DNA of 64,000 bases. Origin: Candidatus Gottesmanbacteria bacterium. GTDB lineage: Bacteria; Patescibacteriota; Microgenomatia; 2-02-FULL-39-11. Location: the NCBI GenBank assembly GCA_016186795.1, contig JACPKY010000002.1, positions 1,053,892 to 1,117,891 on the forward strand, read 5' to 3'. The number at the start of each line of letters is the position of its first letter. Position 1 is the stretch's first letter. The position numbers were made by a program, and so were the translations under genes. Shown in pieces: positions 57,828-64,000 of this stretch. The notes under the pieces are model-generated. The model was given only the letters and a program-made list of their open reading frames with translations, did no database searches and was not told the DNA's origin.

Positions 57828-60800
57828 ATGGAGAAACATCGGCTGTTTGCGATTTTCTTAGGAATACTTCTTGGGGCAACATCATTCTGGTGGATACCTC
57901 TTCTTCTTCCTAGAAAAACGGAGGCGGTGTGGTTTAACGACAATTGGGGATACAGACAAATTGTTGCAATAACCAATAGCGGGTCAAACCAAACAGATTA
58001 CCAGGTTGGAATAACTCTCGATACAGCAACACTTATCACTGCTGGAAAAATGCAAAGTGACTGCGACGATGTACGCGTGACTGATGTCAACGGGAAAGTC
58101 TTGCCTCATGTGATTGAAGAAGGTTCAGCTCCCTGCAACAATGCCTCAACTAAAATCTGGACAATGGTTCCATCGATTCCCACATCTGGTATCAATGTCT
58201 ATGTCTACTATGGGAACCCATCTGCAGTATCTGTTGAAAATGGAGGAGCTGTATTTACCTTTTTTGATAATTTTAATGGTACCACTATCGATGATGATGT
58301 CTGGACGCCAGAAAGTAATTTGGCTTATACAATATCTGGAGGAGTACTCGAGATTACCTCTGGGTCAATCTATTTAGACAACTCACTTGGTATCAGTTTC
58401 GCCGATGGCTATATTGCAGAAACCCGTCTTCTTTATGATGCAGTAGAAGGTGTTATGTACGGTGGCGTTCTTGAAGTTGCATCCTCCCAACAGGTTGCCA
58501 ATTCTAATGCAAATTCCGATGCTGCAATTCTATATATGAGAGATCAGAATTCGCAAAATGTTGTGACTTTTATTGCTGATGGTTCTGCAGCAAGCTGGAA
58601 CGTTCAATCTGGTCCGCTTCAGTTTGTCTCATCAGATAGCACTTATTATATTTTGGGAACTGGAGTGGGTTCAAGTAGCGTAAAGCTCTACAAAGATGGA
58701 TCGGTGCAAAATACCTATTCCTCAATAACCTGGTCAAAGACGATGAGCTATGTTTCTCTCGGTCGATTCACCACCGGGACAAACGTTTCGGATACAACCT
58801 ATGACTGGATACGGGTGAGAAAGTTTGCCGCAACTGAACCATCTGTTGGGTCTCCTTCAAGTGAGGAGAAAGGACCTGGGCCAATTGGGTATTGGAAATT
58901 GGATGAGGGCTATGGGACAACCGCAAATGATGGCACATCAAATAGTAACGAGGGGACACTGACCAATGGCCCGACGTGGGTGGCTGAGGATATGTGTGTG
59001 AGTGGAAAATGTTTGGAGTTTGATGGGAGCGATGATTACATTTTTGTTGGTGATCCAAGTGATGGAAGTCTTGATATGGGAACGGATGATTTCTCAATCA
59101 GCGGATGGCTTCGTACCGGAACAGATGCCTCACAAACCATTGTTGAAAAAGGCGCAACGAGTGATTCTATCGCTGGATACTGGTTTCTTTATGCAGCGGG
59201 AGCAGCAGCCGATGATCTTCAATTATCCATTGGAGACGGGGTAACTCGTGTGAATGCAGATTCAAAAAATGGACTAAATCTCACTGATAACAAATGGCAT
59301 CATTTTGCGGTAACTGCAGATAGAGACGGAGTTGCATCTTTTTATGTTGATGGACAAAATGTTGGCGATGAGGATATAAGCTCTTTTTCAGCTACGTCTA
59401 TCAGTACATCACGAAACCTCACAATCGGTAGAAATGCTACATTTACCCCTGATGGGTTTTTGGATGACGTAAAAATATACCGATATGTTCGAACCCGTGC
59501 TCAAGTAAAAGCAGATTATGCAGCAGGAAAGGCTGGGATTGGTCTTGCCAAACCTGCCGCTGGAGTCCTTGGGGCAGATAGTGATCAAAAAAATCAAACA
59601 CTTTCCCAGGGACTCGTCGGGTATTGGAAGATGGATGAGTCTGTCTGGACTCCCGTTAACTGTTCTGGGACCCCTGTTTTAGATTCTTCAGGAAATAGTC
59701 ATAACGGTCGCAGTTGTCCTGATACCACTGGGCCAACGGGAGGGGCTGTCGGCAAGTTTGGATACGCAGGTGATTTTGATGGCACAGAAGATTTTATCCG
59801 CGTCCCTGAAACTACTGCTCTTGATATCTCTGGGGCCATGACTGTTGCTGCATGGATCAAATTTGATACAAGTCAACTTCAGGGAATTATTTCTCATGAA
59901 GGTAATAGTTTAAATAACGGTTATGCACTTGATATGACTTCTGGTAATGTTGCGAGATTTCATATTTCAGATGCTGATAACGTCCAGTATTATTCAGGAG
60001 ACAGCCAAGCCCTTTCCACTGGTACGTGGTATCATATTGTCGGTGTTTATATTCCCTCTGTTGCAGTGCAAATCTATGTCAATGGAGCGCTGGTAAACCA
60101 AAATACCACCTCAATACCATCTACTCAGAGAGTTTCTACGTTGCTTTTTACTGAAATTGCAATAAGAGGGAATGAGCAGGATTTTTTTGACGGAAAAATT
60201 GATGAAGCTCGAATTTATAACCGTGCATTTCAACCCTCAGAAGTCTCCCTCCTTTACAACTTCGCCCCCGGGCCGGTGGGGTATTGGAAGATGGAAGAAG
60301 GAAGTGGAACAACAGCAAATGATACATCTGGAAACGCAAATACAGGCACGTTACAAGACTCTACTACCTGGTCTGCAGGGAAATACGGCAAGTCACTTAC
60401 GTTTGATGCTAGTGGTGATTATGTAAAAGTAGATGATAGTACATCGCTAGATATAACAGGGACAATAACAATGGAAGCGTGGGTAAATAGGGGGTCTTTG
60501 GCTGTGGGAAACTTTCCTCTGGCAATTACAAAAGAAAATTATGCCGGAGGATCCGGGTATTTACTGGGTGATTATCACGCAGGGAACGATCTCATGGGTT
60601 GCCGGATTAACGGTAATACTGATACCACCAATGGATTACTTCAGGAATCAACAGCTACCTATAACGAGTGGGTACATTATGCGTGCACGTTTGATGGAAC
60701 AACGATCAGTCTCTATAAAAACGGTATCCTTTTGGGTACAAAGACTCCTTCATTTTCGACGATAACGGCTAATAATGAACAATTAAGAATAGGCCCAAGT

Positions 60801-63617
60801 TATTCTGGGTATTTGGATGAAGCAAAAGTTTATAACTATGCCCGTACTCAGAAACAAATCATTGAAGATATGAATGCGGGACATCCAGCTGTTGGAAGTC
60901 CTGTGGGAAGTGCGGTTGGGTATTGGAAGCTTGATGAAGGACAGGGAACAACTGCGAATAATTCTGGAAATCAAGGATCTGCTCTTAATGGAACACTCAT
61001 CAATATGGCTTCTCCTGCAACGGCAACATCAGGATGGACCAATACCGGGAAATTTGCAAAAGCTCTTGTGTTTGATGGAAGTAATGATTATGTCAACCTT
61101 GGGCAACCAACAGCATTAAATCTTACTGAAAATATGACTGTTTCTGCATGGTTTACCACGAATGACCTAACAACATTGGCATTTGTGTATGCACAGTGCG
61201 ATAGTTCTGGAACCGGCGGGCAAATATTTATCGATATTGGGAGAACTGATAATGAGATTACTGTGGGATGGGGCAATACTGTTATTGATACAACTACAGT
61301 CGGGTTACAATCAAACAGATGGTACCATCTTGCTGTAGTTCGAACAGGTGTTTCTGGGAATTGGATGAGTCAGATATATATTAACGGACTCCTCAATAAA
61401 CAAAAGACGTCTATTTCAACGGATCCAGGGAGCATCCTTGATAACCATATTGGGTCATGTCAAAATACGTCGACCAATTGGGAAGGAAAGATTGATGAGG
61501 TGAAAGTGTATAACTATGCTTTAACGAGCGATGAGGTAAAACTCGACTACAATAGAAGTGCAGCAACGGTTTTAGGTACAACAACTGATGATCAAACAGC
61601 GTTTTCACTCACTCAAGGACTTGTTGGGTACTGGAAATTTGATGAGAGCTCAGGCGATGCCTCAGACTCTTCAGGAAACGCAACTACCCTTACCAATACA
61701 AATAGTGCTACCTATACAGCCGGAAAGTATTATAAAGCCGGCACAGCAGCTTCTTCCACAGATGCATGTTTTTCTGCAGCATCGAATTCGTATCTTGCCT
61801 CGGGTGGAAACAAAGATTACACTATTTCTTTCTGGTCTGTACGTACAGCAAACCCCGCCTCTGATAGATTTGTGGCGGCAAAATCAGACAAGGGAACTAA
61901 CGGCTCAACGAGCTGGGAGTGGTATTTCGTGGAAAATAATCTTTCTGGACCTGGATTCGTAGTCTCACCTGACGGGACTCTTGCAAGTGTTAGTTCTGTT
62001 GGCACAAACACCATAACATTAAATACATGGTTTTTTACTGTTGCTTGGTATGATAGTAAAGCTGGAACGATCAACATTCAATATGATAATGGTCCAGTAC
62101 AATCAACCGCCTTCACTTCCGGAATTTACAATGGTACTAATAACTTTACCGTTGGTTGCATCCAAAATGTGAGCTCTGTAATGCGCGCAATTGATGGAAA
62201 GGTAGATGAGTTTCGTATTTACAAACGAGTTCTATCTCCTTCTGAACGAGCCTATCTTTACACGTCGTCCATTCAAAATCTTGTTGCCGAGTGGAAACTG
62301 GATGAGGGAACAGGGACAACAGCCTATGATACCAGCGGTCAGGAAAGTACAAGTAAAAATTTCAAAGGAAATCTCGACTGGACTGGGGGAAAATTCGGAA
62401 GCAGTATGAACTTCCTTGGCAGTAATAGTGAATATATAGGATTTTCTGATGCGACTGCATTTGATCTTGGTGCTACAACCGAATCGTATAGTGTCTCGGC
62501 CTGGATGAAAACAACCACCAACTTCTCTGCTAATGCCCATCTTGTTGCGAAATATGATGGAGGAGCAGCATATCCATTCATTTTATACCTAAACACAAGT
62601 GAGCAAGCATGTTTTACCCTCCGTGGGACAAATAATCCTATTGCCTGTGGTTCAACGGCGCTAAATGACGGAAATTGGCATAATCTTGTGGGAGTACGCG
62701 ATGTAGTTGCAGATACGATTTATACCTATGTGGATGGAATTCTGGCAACAAGTACGACTGATACTACAACGGCAACAGCAGCAAATAACGCAAGTCTTAC
62801 TATTGGAAATGGAGGGACGTCATACACAACATTTGATTATACAGGACAAATTGACCAGGTCCAGATTTATAATTTGGCATTGACACAGTATCAAATTTCA
62901 CAGATATATAACCGGGGAGGGCCTATCGGTTGGTGGAAGTTTGATGAGTGTGAAGGGACAACCGCGAATGATTCTTCAGGAAATGGGAATAATGGGACAA
63001 TTGTTCCTGGTTCCTCGGGAACTACAGCTGTCGGGAATTGTCAAACATCCGCAACATCTATGTGGTATGACGGCAGAATTGGGAAACGTAACTCCTCTCT
63101 CGATTTTGACGGGACAGACGATTATGTCATGATTGGAACGGTATCTATGTATGAGTTAACAACGGCTTCATTTACTGCATGGATCTATCGAGAAGGAACC
63201 TGTTCATTTGATGATTGTGTCATTGTTGGGAACGGTCCTGGAGGAAACACAGGGTACACACTTGATATCGCGAGTGAATCTGGTCCTCCATACGTTTTGC
63301 GTATGGACATTCGCGATCTTCAAAAGGTGTATGGGAAGACCACTCTGGCAACCAATACATGGTATCATGTGGCAGGATCGTTTGATGGATCGTATATCCG
63401 CTTGTGGGTCAATGGTAAGCTTGAGACAATAGCTGCCCAAACGCAAACCCCTACCTATGCAAACCCGACAAAGATAGGTCTTGGTAACAGCGATATTCCC
63501 TTTAATGGGGATATTGATGACGTACGGATTTATAACTATGTCCTAACTGATGATCAAGTTATGGCCATTATGAATGAAGGAGCAGTTCGGTGGGGGCCGA
63601 TTTCGGGAACGCCTTGA
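57828..63617 (+). CDS. Giant (1929 aa) cell-surface protein: signal anchor, N-terminal DUF2341-like domain, then seven LamG_3 (concanavalin A-like lectin) repeats
   Basis: Start at MEKHRLFAIFLGILLGATSFWW (signal anchor). DUF2341-like region W.Y...I...N......Y....L....L......DCDDVRVTD..G..LPH..E.....N...IW..VP.I......YVYYGNP. Seven repeats of about 215-245 aa, each beginning GYWK(L/M/F)DE.G.T..D.SGN...G.L and ending with a (K/R)(I/V)YN motif, at DNA positions about 58882, 59622, 60272, 60910, 61624, 62290, 62928. Confidence 0.8.
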   Translation: MEKHRLFAIFLGILLGATSFWWIPLLLPRKTEAVWFNDNWGYRQIVAITNSGSNQTDYQVGITLDTATLITAGKMQSDCDDVRVTDVNGKVLPHVIEEGSAPCNNASTKIWTMVPSIPTSGINVYVYYGNPSAVSVENGGAVFTFFDNFNGTTIDDDVWTPESNLAYTISGGVLEITSGSIYLDNSLGISFADGYIAETRLLYDAVEGVMYGGVLEVASSQQVANSNANSDAAILYMRDQNSQNVVTFIADGSAASWNVQSGPLQFVSSDSTYYILGTGVGSSSVKLYKDGSVQNTYSSITWSKTMSYVSLGRFTTGTNVSDTTYDWIRVRKFAATEPSVGSPSSEEKGPGPIGYWKLDEGYGTTANDGTSNSNEGTLTNGPTWVAEDMCVSGKCLEFDGSDDYIFVGDPSDGSLDMGTDDFSISGWLRTGTDASQTIVEKGATSDSIAGYWFLYAAGAAADDLQLSIGDGVTRVNADSKNGLNLTDNKWHHFAVTADRDGVASFYVDGQNVGDEDISSFSATSISTSRNLTIGRNATFTPDGFLDDVKIYRYVRTRAQVKADYAAGKAGIGLAKPAAGVLGADSDQKNQTLSQGLVGYWKMDESVWTPVNCSGTPVLDSSGNSHNGRSCPDTTGPTGGAVGKFGYAGDFDGTEDFIRVPETTALDISGAMTVAAWIKFDTSQLQGIISHEGNSLNNGYALDMTSGNVARFHISDADNVQYYSGDSQALSTGTWYHIVGVYIPSVAVQIYVNGALVNQNTTSIPSTQRVSTLLFTEIAIRGNEQDFFDGKIDEARIYNRAFQPSEVSLLYNFAPGPVGYWKMEEGSGTTANDTSGNANTGTLQDSTTWSAGKYGKSLTFDASGDYVKVDDSTSLDITGTITMEAWVNRGSLAVGNFPLAITKENYAGGSGYLLGDYHAGNDLMGCRINGNTDTTNGLLQESTATYNEWVHYACTFDGTTISLYKNGILLGTKTPSFSTITANNEQLRIGPSYSGYLDEAKVYNYARTQKQIIEDMNAGHPAVGSPVGSAVGYWKLDEGQGTTANNSGNQGSALNGTLINMASPATATSGWTNTGKFAKALVFDGSNDYVNLGQPTALNLTENMTVSAWFTTNDLTTLAFVYAQCDSSGTGGQIFIDIGRTDNEITVGWGNTVIDTTTVGLQSNRWYHLAVVRTGVSGNWMSQIYINGLLNKQKTSISTDPGSILDNHIGSCQNTSTNWEGKIDEVKVYNYALTSDEVKLDYNRSAATVLGTTTDDQTAFSLTQGLVGYWKFDESSGDASDSSGNATTLTNTNSATYTAGKYYKAGTAASSTDACFSAASNSYLASGGNKDYTISFWSVRTANPASDRFVAAKSDKGTNGSTSWEWYFVENNLSGPGFVVSPDGTLASVSSVGTNTITLNTWFFTVAWYDSKAGTINIQYDNGPVQSTAFTSGIYNGTNNFTVGCIQNVSSVMRAIDGKVDEFRIYKRVLSPSERAYLYTSSIQNLVAEWKLDEGTGTTAYDTSGQESTSKNFKGNLDWTGGKFGSSMNFLGSNSEYIGFSDATAFDLGATTESYSVSAWMKTTTNFSANAHLVAKYDGGAAYPFILYLNTSEQACFTLRGTNNPIACGSTALNDGNWHNLVGVRDVVADTIYTYVDGILATSTTDTTTATAANNASLTIGNGGTSYTTFDYTGQIDQVQIYNLALTQYQISQIYNRGGPIGWWKFDECEGTTANDSSGNGNNGTIVPGSSGTTAVGNCQTSATSMWYDGRIGKRNSSLDFDGTDDYVMIGTVSMYELTTASFTAWIYREGTCSFDDCVIVGNGPGGNTGYTLDIASESGPPYVLRMDIRDLQKVYGKTTLATNTWYHVAGSFDGSYIRLWVNGKLETIAAQTQTPTYANPTKIGLGNSDIPFNGDIDDVRIYNYVLTDDQVMAIMNEGAVRWGPISGTP

Positions 63618-63655
63618 CAAATGATACTATAATGATTACCCTAAAATAGGCTGTT

Positions 63656-64000
63656 ATGGAGACGAAAAGTGAGAATCTTACCCCCAAAATACCCCTCCAC
63701 ATACTGTTAGGAATTTTTGCTCTTCTGAGTATAAATATCGCTTTTGTTGCTTTCTTGCTATCTAAATCAGAAAGGTTCAATCTCTTCACGCTTGCAAATG
63801 AAACGATCAAACAGTATGACGGCTTACTTGTTGAGATCGAAGGAGGACGATGTGAGGGTACCGAAAAAACTATTTGCCACAGGCTTGTCTATGAAAACGA
63901 TTATAAACGGGTCGTTAGTGTCGGAGCTGAAACAAGAACTATTCGATCGGAATTGAAAAGCGCCGCGGGTAGTGGGAAAAGAGTAACAATACGAGGAATA
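63656..64000 (+). CDS. Partial ORF (5' end) running off the window: membrane-anchored hypothetical protein
   Basis: ATG at 63656. The frame is open to the window end (115 codons). N-terminal TM IPLHILLGIFALLSINIAFVAFLL. Not in the ORF track because no stop lies within the window. Confidence 0.3.
   Translation, partial: METKSENLTPKIPLHILLGIFALLSINIAFVAFLLSKSERFNLFTLANETIKQYDGLLVEIEGGRCEGTEKTICHRLVYENDYKRVVSVGAETRTIRSELKSAAGSGKRVTIRGI

Noticed and set aside
57191-63617. Diversity-generating retroelement (Avd plus target protein)
   Set aside because: No reverse transcriptase gene or template repeat occurs in the window, and the target C-terminus is LamG-like rather than a C-type-lectin variable-region fold. 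Kept only as a context note.

Overview
The window is a low-GC bacterial segment that looks like a Candidate Phyla Radiation (Patescibacteria) genome. I infer this from an rRNA operon with tRNA-Ala(UGC)-23S-5S and no 16S, a 23S gene of about 5.6 kb, and many small membrane proteins. The 23S is interrupted by four group I introns. Conserved P/Q/R/S elements are visible in the introns at E. coli-equivalent sites L1917 and L2593, and an S element is visible at L2449 and about L2500. The L2449 and L2500 introns each carry a LAGLIDADG-type homing endonuclease ORF. Core genes are trxA-trxB, a D,D-carboxypeptidase and a serine module. That module is a structured T-box-like leader, a fused SerA-SerB protein, a GlcD-type FAD oxidase that may be a D-2-hydroxyglutarate dehydrogenase, serS, a PP-loop ATPase and a second TrxB-like flavoprotein. 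Other core genes are vapBC, ruvCAB, gdhA, a DsbA-like oxidoreductase, rpsA and radA. From about 36.5 to 57.1 kb lies a 20 kb glycan-assembly locus. It has six GT-C-like polytopic membrane transferases, a GT2 polyprenyl-phosphate sugar synthase-like gene, a GT4, an FkbM methyltransferase, a HAD hydrolase, an acyltransferase-3, an FAD oxidoreductase and a UbiA prenyltransferase. The UbiA protein resembles decaprenyl-phosphate phosphoribosyltransferase. The locus also encodes secreted beta-helix/PA14 and Ig-like proteins, a four-helix-bundle (Avd-like) protein and a 1929-aa surface protein with DUF2341 plus 7 LamG-like repeats. Unexplained sequence features are listed next. A CCCGAU-UWA-AUCGGG hairpin caps several 23S helices and recurs in intron P6 regions and at one intergenic site. 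A tCCGCCAGCTGGCGGa palindrome family occurs five times, including inside a CDS. Two architecturally parallel small-membrane-protein triplets share a TTGaCA-N17-TGATAGCATCGC promoter. Direct-repeat hairpins flank a small membrane gene. Between gdhA/dsbA and the rRNA operon there is a promoter-terminator-defined sRNA candidate. A 1.2 kb ORF-poor island carries duplicated segments.
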